From assembly GCF_044704955.1 (NCBI RefSeq), contig NC_091997.1, positions 85,746,001 through 85,810,000 of the forward strand: a stretch of 64,000 nucleotides of DNA, read 5' to 3'. A program made the position numbers and the translations under genes. Positions 12,565 through 26,000 of the stretch are shown piece after piece; the first letter of the stretch is position 1, and every line of letters starts with the position of its first letter. The notes below the pieces were generated by a model, which was not told the origin of the DNA, did no database searches, and was given only the letters and a program-made list of their open reading frames with translations. The DNA comes from Pristiophorus japonicus. Lineage: Eukaryota.

Positions 12565-15010
12565 AAAAGGTTCACTAGGTTGATTCCGGAGATGAGGGGG
12601 TTGACTTATGAAGATAGGTTGAGTAGGTTGGGCCAATACTCACTGGAGTTCAGAACAATGAGAGGTGATCTTACATAGAAACATAGAAAATAGGTGCAGG
12701 AGTAAGCCATTCGGCTCTTCTAGCCTGCACCGCCATTCAATGAGTTCATGGCTGAACATGCAACTTCAGTACCCCCTTCCTGCTTTCTCGCCATACCCCT
12801 TGATCCCCCTAGTAGTAAGGATTTCATCTAACTCCCTTTTGAATATATTTAGTGAATTGGCCTCAACAGCTTTCTGTGGTAGACAATTCCACAGGTTCAC
12901 CACTCTCTGGGTGAAGAAGTTTCTCCTCATCTCGGTCCTAAATGGCTTACCCCTTATCCTTAGACTGTGACCCCTGGTTCTGGACTTCCCCAACATTGGG
13001 AACATTCTTCCTGCATCTAACTTGTTTAAACCCGTCAGAATTTTAAACGTTTCTATGAGGTCCCCTCTCATTCTTCTGAACTCCAGTGAATACAAGCCCA
13101 GTTGATCCACTCTTTCTTGATAGGTCAGTCCCACCATCCCGGGAATCAGTCTGGTGAATCTTTCCTGCACTCCCTCAATAGCAGAATGTCCTTCCTCAAG
13201 TTAGGAGACCAAAACTGTACACAATACTCCAGGTGTGGCCTCACCAAGGCCCTGTACAACTGTAGCAACACCTCCCTGCCCCTGTTCTCAAATTCCCTCA
13301 CTATGAAGGCCAACATGCCATTTGCTTTCTTAACCGCCTGCTGTACCTGCATGCCGACCTTCAATGACTTATGTACCATGACACCCAGGTCTCGTTGCAC
13401 CTCCCCTTTTCCTAATCTGTCACCATTCAGATAATAGTCTGTCTCTCTGTTTTTACCACCAAAGTGGATAACCTCACATTTATCCACATTATACTTCATC
13501 TGCCATGCATTTGCCCACTCACCTAACCTATCCAAGTCACTCTGCAGCCTCATAGCATCCTCCTCGCAGCTCACACTGCCACCCAACTTAGTGTCATCCG
13601 CAAATTTGGAGATACTACATTTAATCCCCTCGTCTAAATCATTAATGTACAATGTAAACAGCTGGGGCCCCAACACAGAACCTTGCGGTACCCCACTAGT
13701 CACTGCCTGCCATTCTGAAAAGTACCCATTTACTCCTACTCTTTGCTTCCTGTCTGACAACCAGTTCTCAATCCACGTCAGCACACTACCCCTAATCCCA
13801 TGTGCTTTAACTTTGCACATTAATCTCTTGTGTGGGACCTTGTCGAAAGCCTTCTGAAAGTCCAAATATACCACATCAACTGGTTCTCCCTTGTCCACTT
13901 TACTGGAAACATCCTCAAAAAATTCCAGAAGATTTGTCAAGCATGATTTCCCTTTCACAAATCCATGCTGACTTGGACCTATCATGTCACCTCTTTCCAA
14001 ATGCGCTGCTATGACATCCTTAATAATTGATTCCATCATTTTACCCACCACTGAGGTCAGGCTGACCGGTCTATAATTCCCTGTTTTCTCTCTCCCTCCT
14101 TTTTTAAAAAGTGGGGTTACATTGGCTACCCTCCACTCGATAGGAACTGATCCAGAGTCAATGGAATGTTGGAAAATGATTGTCAATGCATCCGCTATTT
14201 CCAAGGCCACCTCATTAAGTACTCTGGGATGCAGTCTATCAGGCCCTGGGGATTTATCGGCCTTCAATCCCATCAATTTCCACAACACAATTTCCCGACT
14301 AATAAAGATTTCCCTCAGTTCCTCCTCCTTACCAGACCCTCTGACCCCTTTTATATCCGCAAGGTTGTTTGTGTCCTCCTTAGTGAATACCGAACCAAAG
14401 TAATTGTTCAATTGGTCTGCCATTTCTTTGTTCCCCGTTATGACTTCCCCTGATTCTGACTGCAGGGGACCTACGTTTGTCTTTACTAACCTTTTTCTCT
14501 TTAGATATCTATAGAAACTTTTGCAATCCGCCTTAATGTTCCCTGCAAGCTTCTTCTCGTACTCCATTTTCCCTGCCCTAATCAAACCCTTTGTCCTCCT
14601 CTGCTGAGTTCTAAATTTCTCCCAGTCCCAGGTTCGCTGCTATTTCTTATTGAAACTTATAAGATAATGAGGGGGCTCGACAAGGTGGATGCAGAGAGGA
14701 TATTTCCACTCATAGGGGAAACTAAAACTAGAGAACATAGTCTTAGAATAAGCGGCCGCCCATTTAAAACTGAGATGAGGGTTGTAAATCTAAGTAACTC
14801 TCTGCCCCAGACAGCTGTGGAGGCTAGGTCATTGAATATATTTAAGGCGCAGATAGACAGATTTTTGAGCGATAAGGGAGTAAAGGGTTATGGGGAGCGG
14901 GCAGGGAAGTGGAGCTGAGTCCATGATCAGATCAGCCATGATATTAAATGGCGGAGCAGGCTCGAGGGGCCAAATGGCCGACTCCTGCTTCTATTTCTTA
15001 TGTTTTTATG
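12565..15010 (+). mobile_element. Older CR1 3' fragment (split by a younger CR1); uninterrupted at ~44805-45280
   Basis: RFTRLIPEMRG...[16 protein letters not shown]-terminal CR1 ORF2 sequence and 3' tail. Confidence 0.85.
12674..14644 (-). mobile_element. Young 5'-truncated CR1 LINE nested antisense in the older CR1
   Basis: ORF 13146-14585 RT; flanking TCTTA direct repeat (12669-12673, 14645-14649); absent at the homologous site ~44912. Confidence 0.93.
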
Positions 15011-15640
15011 ACACGACTGCCAAGTGTGTACTCACTATCACCGTGCTGCACAGTGGCATGCTCATAGAGTACACATTGTATTTCAGAGCCTCTCACTTCC
15101 CCAGTCCCTTCTGTGACTGGAGAGTTGAACAAACAGCCCAACCACTGTCCCCAGGCTCATTAATACAACATCAGTGCACACATATCATCTGAGTCATCCA
15201 TAAGTCTACTGCCCATTTCCTAACTTGCACCATGTCCCGTTCACCCATCAACCTGACCTACATTGGCTCCCGGTTAAGCAAAGCCTCGATTAAAAAATTC
15301 TCATCCTTGTTTTCAAATCCCTCAATGGCCTCGCCCCCTCCCTATCTCTGTAATCTCCTCCAGCCCCACAACCCCCAAGATATCTGCGGTCCTCTAATTC
15401 TAGCCTCTTGAGCATTCCCGACTTCAATCGCTCAGCTGCCAAGACCCAAAACTCTGGAATTCTCTCCATCAACCTCTCCGCCTCTCTAGCTCTCTTTCCT
15501 GCTTCAAGACTCTCCTCAAAACCTATCTCTTTCACCAAGCTTTTGGTCATCTGCCCTAATTTCTCCTTATGTGGCCTGGTGTCAAATGTTGTTTGTAACA
15601 CTCCTGTGAAGCGCCTTCTGACGTTTTTCTACATGAAAGG

Positions 15641-18600
15641 TGTTGTGTATCTGTAAAGCATGCACTCCCATGTTCCACCATCCCAGCATCCCTTGGGAAC
15701 ACTCTATATAAGCCGGCCCCTAAGGCTTGTTCCTCACTCTGGAGTGTCTGATTAAAGACTGAGGTCACTGTTACTTTAACCTCCCAGTGTGCAGCCTCAT
15801 AATAGGAACATAAGAACTGGTGACGAGAATACAAATCCAACGCAAAGATGCAACAAACTGTGGGCATCCTGGAGAAGTTCTCGGAGGGTGAGGACTGTGA
15901 AGCCTATGTTGAACGGCTAGACCAGTACTTTGTAGCCAACGAGCTGGACGGAGAAGGAAGCGCTGCAAAAAGGAGAGCGGTCCTCCTCATGGTCTGCGGG
16001 GCACCGACCTACAGCCTCATGAGGAATCTTCTGGCTCTGGTGCAACCCACAGATAAGTCGTATGAGGAGTTGTATACACTGGTTCGGGAGCATCTTAACT
16101 CGAGCGAGAGTGTGCTGATGGCGAGGTATCGGTTCTACACGTGCCAGCGATCTGAAGGTCAGGAAGTGGCGAGCTACGTCGCCAAGCTAAGGCAACTTGC
16201 AGGACAATGTGAGTTTGATGGCTACCTGGAGCAAATGCTCAGAGATCTTTTTGTACTGGGCATTGGCCACGAGACCATCCTATGAAAACTTTTGACTTAG
16301 AGACACCGACACTCAGTAAGGCCATTGCGATAGCACAGGCGTTTATGTCCACCAGTGATAACACCAAACAAATCTCTCAGTACACAAGTGCTAGCAATGT
16401 TCATAAATTAACTGCAACTGTGTTTGCGAGCAGAAATGTACAGGGCAGAACCCACGAGTCTGCAACTGCCAGCAGTCCTCAGGTGACCCAGATGACTCAG
16501 AGTCCCCAACAAAGGATGAATGCAAGGCAATTCACACCTTGTTGGCGTTGTGGTGGCTTCCATTCAGCCTATTCATGCCACTTCAAAGGGTATGTTTGCA
16601 AGAGCTATGGAACAATGGGGCACCTCCAATGAGCTTGCAAGCTCTGCAAAACCTGCTAACCACCACGTGGCAGAAGAAGATCAGTCCATGGTGGGTCAAA
16701 GCAATTTCGAGCCTCAGAGAGAGGAGGCAGGTGCTGAAGTACACGGGGTGCACACATTTTCAACATAATGCCCACCTATAATGCTAAACGTAAAATTGAA
16801 TGCCTTACCCGTAGCCATGGAACTGGACACTGGTGCTAGCCAATCTATCGTGAGCAAAAAGATGTTTCAGAGACTATGGTGCAACAAGGCATTCAGACCA
16901 GCCCTGAGCCCCATCTACATGAAACTGAGAACGTACACCAAAGAGCTTATCACTGTCCTGGGCAGCGCCATGGTCAAGGTCACCTACGAGGGCACGGTGC
17001 ACGCACTGCCACTCTGGATTGTCCCGGGCGATGGCCCCACACTGCTTGGAAGGAGCTAGCTGGGCAAAATCCGCTGGAACTGGAATGATATCCGAGCGCT
17101 ATCACATGTCAATGAGGCCTCATGTACCCAGGTTCTTAACAAATTTCCTTCCTTTTTTCAGCCAGGCATTGGAAACTTTTCCGGGGCGAAGGTGCGGATC
17201 CATTTGGTCCCAGAGGCAGGACCCATTCACCACAAGGCGCGAGCGGTACCTCACATGATGAGAGAGAGAGTGGAAATCGAGCTGGACAGGCTGCAATGCG
17301 AGGGCATCATCTCCCCAGTGGAATTCAGCGAGTGGGCCAGCCCGATTGTTCCAGTACTCAAAAGTGATGGCACGGTCAGGATTTGTGGCGATTATAAAGT
17401 AACTATTAATCGTTTCTCGCTACAGGACCAATATCCGCTACCTAAGGAAGACGACTTATTTGCGACACTGGCAGGAGGCAAGACGTTCACCAAGCTCAAC
17501 CTGACTTCAGCCTACATGACGCAGGAGCTGGAGGAGTCTTCGAAGGGCCTCATCTGCATCAACACTCACAAGGGACTGTTCATCGACAACAGATGCCCGT
17601 TTGGAATTTGGTTGGCTGCAGTGATTTTCCAGAGAAACATGGAGAGCCGACCCAAGTTGGTACCATAGACGGTGGTCTTTCAGGACGACGTATTGGTCAC
17701 GGGTTGGGACACCGCCAAGCACCTACAAAACCTGGAGGAGGTCCTCCAGCGACTGGATCGCATAGTGCTGCGGCTGAAGAGGTCGAAATGCGTCTTCATG
17801 GCAACAGAAGTGGAATTTTTGGGGAGAAAGATCACGGCGGACGGCATTCTGCCCACAGATGCCAAGACAGAGGCTATCAGGAACGCGCACAGGCCACAGA
17901 ACGTCATGGAGCTGCGGTCGTTCCTGGGACTCCTCAACTATTTTGGTAACTTCCTACTGGGGTTAAGCACTCTTTTAGAGCCCCTACATGTGTTGTTGCG
18001 CAAAGGTGAGAACTGGGTATGGGGAAAAAAACAAGTAATTGCTTTTGAGAAAGCCAGAAACATTTTATGCTCCAACAAGCTGCTTGTATTGTATAACCCG
18101 TGTAAAAGACTTGTGCTAGCATGTGACGCGTCGTCGTACGGAGTTGGGTGTGTATTACAACAAGCTAACGTTGCGGGGAAGTTGCAACCTGTCGCCTATG
18201 CTTCCAGGAGCTTGTCTAAGGCCGAGAGGGCCTACAGCATGATTGAGAAAGAGGCATTAGCGTGTGCGTTCGGAGTAAAGAAAATGCTTCAGTACCTGTT
18301 TGGCCTCAAATTTGAGCTGGAAACCGATCACAAGCCCCTCATATCCCTGTTCGCTGAAAACAAGGGGATAAATACTAATGCCTCAGCCCGCATACAAAGA
18401 TGGGCCCTTGTGCTATCAGCGTATAACTATACCATCTGCCACAGGCCAGGCAGCGAGAACTGTGCGGATGCTCTCAGTCGGCTACCATTGCCCACCACGC
18501 GGGGTGGAAATGGCGCAGCCTGCAAACTTGTTGATGGTGGCGCAGCCCGCAGACTTGTTGATGGTCATGGAAGCGTTTGATAAATGATAAATCACCTGTC

Positions 18601-19871
18601 ACAGCCCGCCAGATTAGGACTTGGACCAGCCAATATTCTCTCCTGTCCCTAGTAAAAAACTGTGTACTGCATGGGAGCTGGGCCAGCATCCCCGTTGAAA
18701 TGCAAGAGCCAATCAAGCCGTTCCAGTTGCGAAAGGACGAGCTGTCCATTCAGGCAGACTGGCTGTTGTGGGGTAACCGCGTAGTGCTACCAAAAAAGGG
18801 CAGGGAGACGTTCATCTCAGATCTCCACAGCACACATCTGGGTATAGTAATGATGAAAGCGATAGCCCCAGATCCCACATGTGGTGGCCCGGTATCGACT
18901 CTGACTTAGAGTCCTGTGTACGGCAATGCAGCGTGTGTGCTCAGTTGAGCACCGCACCCAGAGAGGCACCACTAAGTTTGTGGTCCTGGCCCTCCAGACC
19001 ATGGTCGAGGATCCATGTCAACTATGCGGGCCCGTTTCTCAGTAAAATGTTCCTGGTGGTGGTGGATGCTTTTTCAAAATGGATTGAATGTGAAATAATG
19101 TCGAGAAGCACCGCCACCGCCACCATTGAAAGCCTGAGGGCCATGTTTGCCACCCACGGCCTGCCTGACATATTGGTCAGTAACAACGGGCCATGTTTCA
19201 CCAGTGCCAAATTTAAAGAATTCATGAACCGCAATGGGATCAAACATGTCACCCTGTTTAAACCAGCCTGCAGTGGGCAGGCAGTGCGGGCAGTACAAAC
19301 CATCAAACAGAGCCTTAAACGAGTCACAGAAGACTCACTCCAAACCCGCCTGTCCCGAGCAGTGCTCAGCTACTGCACGAGACCCCACTCGTTCACAGGG
19401 GTGCCCCCGATTGAGCTACTCATGAAAAGGACACTTAAAACCAGACTCTCGCTGGTTCAGCTCAACCTGCATGATCAGGTAGAGAGCAGACGGCAGCAAC
19501 AAATATTAAACGATGGTCGCGCCACTGTGTCACGGGAAATTGATCTGAATGACCCTCTGTATGAGCGAAACTATGGACATGGTCCCAAGTGGATCGCGGG
19601 CACGGTGATAGCTAAAGAAGGGACTAGGGTGTTTGTAGTCAAACTAGACAATGGACAAATTTTCAGAAAGCACCTGGACCAAACGAGGCTGCGGTTCACA
19701 GGCTGCCCTGAACAACCCACAGCAGACACCACCTTTTTCGAGCCCACAACACACACCCACTGTCTATAAGCCGGCCCCGAAGGCCTGTTCCTCACTCTGG
19801 AGTGTCTGATTAAAGACTGAGGTCACTTTAACCTCCCTGTGTGAAGCCTCATCTGTGTTAGGAACACAATA
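15641..19871 (+). mobile_element. Decayed Ty3/Gypsy LTR retrotransposon (family 2)
   Basis: 5-bp TSD AAAGG both sides; 5' LTR ~15641-15816; PBS-like TGGTGACGAG; gag, LDTGA protease, RT (FQDD), RNase H, integrase (GPKW) fragments; 3' LTR partly deleted. Confidence 0.95.
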
Positions 19872-19879
19872 AAAGGTGT

Positions 19880-20024
19880 TATATAAATACAAGTCGTTTT
19901 TAGTGTGGTTGAGTTGTTAAAAGAGGAAGAAGATTTCCTCTTTCATCACTTCTCTGTTTCTCTCACTGACCAGAATGTGATGGTGAAAGAGGCACCCAGC
20001 TTCTGAACGAGCTAGGAATGTGAA
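19880..20024 (+). promoter_or_regulatory. Putative proximal promoter of copy B with TATA-like, RUNX, ETS/PU.1 and IRF-ETS motifs
   Basis: tatataaa ~19880, TGTGGTT 19904-19910, GAGGAA 19923-19928, TTCCTCTTTC 19935-19944 (reverse complement GAAAGAGGAA); retained in copy C (~48001-48145). Motif matches only. Confidence 0.45.
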
Positions 20025-20079
20025 ATGGCGCTTGGTGCTCTGTTTGTGGGTCTTTTCCTTCTGTTCCAACATGTTGTAG
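20025..20079 (+). CDS. Copy B exon 1: signal peptide [18 protein letters not shown](G)
   Basis: 55 nt hydrophobic leader, AAATGG start context, phase-1 donor G|gtaagg matching the phase-1 acceptor of D1; identical in copy C. Confidence 0.85.
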
Positions 20080-23000
20080 GTAAGGATCCATACTTTCAAC
20101 TAATCCTCAACATGTTTATCTGGAAATATCAGTTTCTATCTGTACCTGAACGCGGAAATATAAGGATTGAAGGATATCGATTGCCATCAGTGCTGCTTTC
20201 ACGCGGATGTTTAATGTACTCATATGACAGTTGTTGCTGAGGCATTTTAACACGGTTTAATCATGGGTGGTCAGTTTAAAATTGGCACTAAGAGAGTGAG
20301 GAGACAGATTAGGAGAACATTTTTTACACAGAGGTTTGTTTTGCCACAGGCAGTGGTTGACGCAGAGACATTTTCATCTTTTGAAGGAAAACTGGAAAAC
20401 ATTTGAAGCAGAGGAAGATTTGGGGCTGTGGAGAGAGCGAGGCAATGGGTTTGCTCTGGCAAAGAGCCAGCACTGGCACGATGGGCCCAATTGCCTCCTT
20501 CTGTGCTGCAAACGTCTTTGGTTCAACTCCTGTCTTAAAACAGTGCAGGGATGAAATACAAGAACACTGCTGATCCTATCCCAATTTCCCTTACTGCAGA
20601 ACCATATCTCACTCTAAGAATGAAATAGTGGAAGATTTAGAAGAGTTAGAAGGATTTGCTGATGGGCTTTAATGGAGAGAGGGGGTGGGAAGTCCGTGCA
20701 GAGCATAAATGCGGCATGGAGCAGTTGGGCCGAATGGCCTGTTTCTGTGCCGAACATTCCATGTAATTCTGTGTAAGATTTTGTGCTCAGACTCGATCAT
20801 TGGGAACTCTGAAGTAACAATTATATTTGATGACTCAGCCGAGCCTCACACCATTAAAGGGTGGAGACCACACTGGGCGGGGCCCACGACACCACTCGGA
20901 CCAGGGCTCGAAATCAACACCACTGGCAAAATGGAGCAGCTCAGAGCTTTCTGTACATTACAGACCGTCCATTCCGCGATTGTTCTGTAAGGAAAGGGGA
21001 ACCGACACTGTGATTGGAGGGGGTGGGAGGGTTCCCAATCGAGACTGTCTATCCAGACTGTGTAAGGGGTGGGGGATGGTGACTCTATCCAGACTGTGTA
21101 ATGGAGCATTTCTAACCTGACTCTGTGAAATTTTAGGAGTGGGGTGGGTAGAAACAGATTCCGTGTAATATGAGCAGTCTGCAGGCAGACTCTGTTCCTG
21201 AAATGATAATTGACGTCTCCCCGATCGGTCCAAATCAGCATGGATTTATGAAAGGGAAATCATGCTTGACAAATCTTCTAGAATTTTTTGAGGATGTAAC
21301 TAGTAGAGTGGACAAGGGAGAACCAGTGGATGTGGTGTATTTGGACTTTCAAAAGGCTTTTGACAAGGTCCCACACAAGAGATTAGTGTGCAAAATTAAG
21401 GCACATGGGATTGGGGTAATGTATTAACGTGGTAGAGAACTGGTTGGCAGCCAGGATCAAAGAGTGGGAATAAACGGGTACTTTTCAGAATGGCAGGCAA
21501 TGACTAGTGAGGTACCGCAAGGTTCAGTGCTGGGACCCCAGCTATTTACAATATATATTAATGATTTGGACGAAGGAAATGAATGTAATATCTCCAAGTT
21601 TGCAGATGACACAGTGTGAGCTGCGAGGAGGATGCTAAGAGGCTGCAGGGTGACTTGGACAGGTTAGGTGAGTGGGCAAATGCATGGCAGATGCAGTATA
21701 CCGTGGATAAGTGTGAGGTTATGCACTTTGGTGGCAAAAACAGGAAGGCAGATTATTATCTAAATGGTGACAGATTAGTAAAAGGGGAGGTGCAACGAGA
21801 CCTGAGTGTCATGGTACATCAGTCAATGAAAGTAGGCATGCAGGTTCAGCAGACAGTAAAGAAAGCAAATGGCATGTTGGCCTTCATAGCGAGAGGATTT
21901 GAGTATAGGAGCAGGGAGGTCTTGCTGCAGTTGTACAGGGCCTTAGTGAGACCACACCTTGAGTATTATGTGCAGTTTTGGTCTCCTAATCTGAGGAAGG
22001 ACATTCTTGCTATTGAGGGAGTGCAGCGAAGGTTCACCAGACTGATTCCCGGGATAGCAGGACTGGCATATGAAGAAAGACTGGATCGACTAGGCTTATA
22101 TTCACTGGAATTTAGAAGAATGAGAGGGGATCTCATGGAAGCATATAAAATTCTGACGGGATTGGACAGGTTAAATGCAGGAAGAATGTTCCCGATGTTG
22201 GGGAAGTCCAGAACCAGGGGTCACAGTCTAAGGATTAGGGGTAAGCCATCTAGGACTGAGATGAGGAGAATCTTTTTCACCCAGAGAATTGTGAATGTAT
22301 GGAATTCTCTACCACAGAAAGTTGTTGAGTCCAGTTCGTTGGTTATATTCAAAAGGGAGTTAGATGTGGCCATTGCGGCTAAAGGGATCAGGACGTATAG
22401 AGAGAAGGCAGGAGTGGGGTACTGAGGTTGAATGACCTACTCCTGCACTTATTTTCTATGTTTCTGTATTTCTATCCTCAGTCTAAACATGGCTGATGTC
22501 TGAGTTACAACCGAGTCTGACGGAGATGTGGTTTGGTGTTTGTTCGAGCTCTGGTGCAATAATGATCTATAGTATAGACACATCTGGGTCAGTGAGTGGA
22601 GAGTTTCTAGGTGCAGTCTGTCAGGGCCATTACAGGGGGGGATTGCGTGTATCAGATGCTCAAGTTGTAAACACAAATCCCTATCAGCCGCTCCATGATA
22701 CCCAACCAATCAGAGCTCTGCTAACTTCTCCATCGCAGCTTATCATCTTAACCAGCAGGAAATGAGCTTCTGAACACAATGCAAGCAGAAATTATCGTTC
22801 TGACAATCTAGATGTGCTGATCAGAAATCTGTTCATTACAAGAAAAAAAGAAAGTCTTGCATTTCTATAGCACCTTCTACAACCTCACAATGTCCCAAAG
22901 CTATTTAAAGCCAATGAAGTACTTCTGAAGTGCAATCTCTGTTGATATGTAGAAAATGCGACAGCCCATTTTCACACAGCTAGGTCCCACAAACAGTAAA

Positions 23001-26000
23001 GTCTCATGTAAAAAAAACACACCTCTGACAGTATAGCACTCCCTCAGCACTGCACTGGGTGGTCGGCCTAGATTTTGTGCTCAAGTCTCTGGAGTGGGAC
23101 TTGAACCCACAACCTTCTGACATCAGAAGCGACAGTGCTACCCACTGAACCACAGTTGACATCATGACAACAAGAACTGGAACTCATAGAGAGCGCTTAA
23201 AGTGGGGCAGGGCCTTGTGGTGTTTTGCAAATGTGGAAGTGCGGGGAAGGACGTGAGCTCGAGGTAGGAGAAGAGTGAGTGGAAGTGGCAAAAGGCTCGG
23301 TTGGAGAGGTAAGTTTTAAAGAACCTTTTGCAGATGCCAAAGATGTGCCAAGGTGGAGGGTGAGGGGTTAAGGGAGAGAATAGCAGAGTGTGGGGCATAA
23401 AGGCTGAGGGCTGAGCAAGTGGTGAAGGTTAAGGTTTCTTAAATCAATGCAGTGGGCCACAGAGGAGGCCAAAGTCAGATGAGGCCATGGAAGGATTGGT
23501 ATTTATTTTTTTAAACCTTGGATGTGGTCGTCACTGGAAATGTCAGCATTTAGTCTCTAGTTTTCCTTGAGAAGGTGGTAGTGACCCTTCCTCTTGAACC
23601 GTTAAGTCCGTGTGGTGAACACTTTCCACAATGCTGGTAGCGAGGGAGTTTCAGGATTTTCATCCAGCGACGATGAAGGAACAGCATTATACTTACAAGT
23701 CAGGATGGTGTGTCACTTGGAGAACTTGTAGGTGATCATGCTCCCAAGCGTCTGCTGCCCTCGTTCTTCTATGTGGTAGAAGTCGTGGGTTTAGGAGGTG
23801 CTGTCGAAGAAGTCTTGGCAAGTTACTGCAGAGCATCTTGTAGATGGTACACACTGCAGCCATGTTGCGCCGGTGGTGGAGGGAGTGAATGCTGAAGGTG
23901 GTGGATGGGGTGCCAAAATGTGATCCTGTTTATCCTGGATGGTGTGGAGTTTCTTGAGTGTTGTCGCAGCTGCACTCACCCAGGCAAGTGGAGAGTGTTG
24001 TAGGGCGCTTTCAAGGCAAAGGCACCTGCTGAATATATGTATGTATGTGTAAAATTGTAGCCAGATATAAAATGGCTGCCCGGGATTCCGCAAAGCCCGA
24101 GGGGAATTCAGCTAACCAGTTTGACTAACTTTCTGGGTAGCTGATGACACTGCATTTCCTTGTACAGGAACACTGGAAAGGGAGAGCTCAGCAGATGTCC
24201 CGAATCAACAAACCTCAGACAAGATGTCCTAGCAGAATATTGAACAAAGGGATTCCTGTAACTGTGTTAAGATAAGGAGGTTAGGCACAGAACCCAAGGA
24301 CAATAAAGATAAGGAGGTCTGAAGAATATCACGAGGGCATGAGTAAGTTCCAGCTAAACATGAGATGATCATGCAGGCCCCTGGTGTCTGGGGGACCAAT
24401 TCTATTGGCCCAGAGGAATCGATTTGTAATCTATAATCCTTATGATTGGATTGTGTCCAGCCGACATAGGCTGCGTAATTGTAATGAACTGGTATAAAAC
24501 ATATAAATACTGATGAATTTCTTTGTTCAGCAGTGAGTAGTGCCTGGAGTAACCCAGAGGTTTTCTCCCCGCCGACGTAATAAAAACCGTTTTGATGATG
24601 GAACCGACTCAGAGTGACGAGTGATTCTTCCAGGATTTCATTCGCGCTAACAGAGAGTATTCCATCACACTCCTGACTTGTGCCTTGTAGGTGATGGAGA
24701 GAGTTTGGGGAGTCAGGAGGTGAGACACTCACCGCAGAATACCCAGCCTCTGACCACAGTATTTATGTAGCTGGTCCAGTTTTATTTTTGACCGATGATG
24801 ACCCCTGACCATCCCTCCCTCAGATGTTGATGGTGGAGGATTTGATGATGTAATGCCGTTGAATGTCAGGAAATGGTTAGACCCTTTCTTGTTGGAGATT
24901 GTCATTGCCTGGGACTTGTTGTGAATGGAGCTGAACACTGTGCAATCATCAGCGAATATTCACACTTCTGACCTTATGATGGAGGGAGGGTCATTGATGA
25001 AGCAGTTGAAGATGGTTGGGCCCAGGACATTGCCTTGAGGAAGCGTCCTAGGAGGGTAAAGAGCAGTTTTTAACTCAATGCCTTAGGGGGAGGTCAGTGA
25101 GGACAGGAGGGGTTGGTGAGTAGGATGCCATACGGGACAGGATGAAACCGATGAAGAAAGGATTGTAGATATCCATGTTCATGGAGATGAAATTGTGGAG
25201 GAGAGTTCTAGTGGCACTGAGAATGAGATAGGAATGGAAGCAGCAATCTTTGGGAGGTGAGTCATGACATCTGGTGGAGGGCTAGATGTGGGTTTGAGGT
25301 ACAGCTCAGGGTCAAATAGGTATAGTGGAGCTGAAGGGAATGGCTTTGCTTTTTCTGGGGAAAGGCCTGGTCTGTCTCGAACCTGATGCCAGCTAAGAAA
25401 TCGGACAGTACAGCACTGAGGACATTGATGGAGAGGTGAAGTGAGGTATCGACTTGGCTACGTATGGAAGCTGACTCCTTGATAATGTTCCTGAGAAATA
25501 GCATGTATATGTGGAATATAGGAGAGGACCAAGGATGGAGCCTTGGGTGGACATGGGGCGACCATTGCACACGGGAGGAGAACAATTCCTGAGGATGTGA
25601 GAAAGATAGGAGTGGATGTATTTAACAGCAGTGCCACAAAGGTGGGCCATTGGAGAACCATTGGAGAAGGTTCACTGTGTCAAGGGCCTTTAAGCTGTTG
25701 AGGAAGATAAGGAAGGATAATACACTATGGTTGTAAACACACAGGATATTGTTGTTAATTTTGATAAGGATGCGCTTATTTGTACTGCAAAAATGGCCAA
25801 CATGTTCCACCTTTTGTTTCTGATTGGTCCCCTTGGAGAATAAGCCACACCCTGAAGTTTCACAGGAATGTGTAACTGGAACCACCTATCCCAAGGTCTC
25901 ACTGACTTTGCAAATTGTAACTCGATCCACTTTGACTTCCTGAAGTGACAGAGGTCAGAGCTCCAAAGAAGATAGCAAGGGCCAACCAAAGTACCTTGCC

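Larger units (their letters stand above)
7209..21222. repeat. Segmental duplication homologous to 39429-49245 (upstream region and exon 1 of copies B and C)
   Basis: Same order Gypsy(-), Penelope fragment, old CR1, L2-like/SINE, Gypsy(+), leader exon, with shared insertion sites. Confidence 0.95.
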
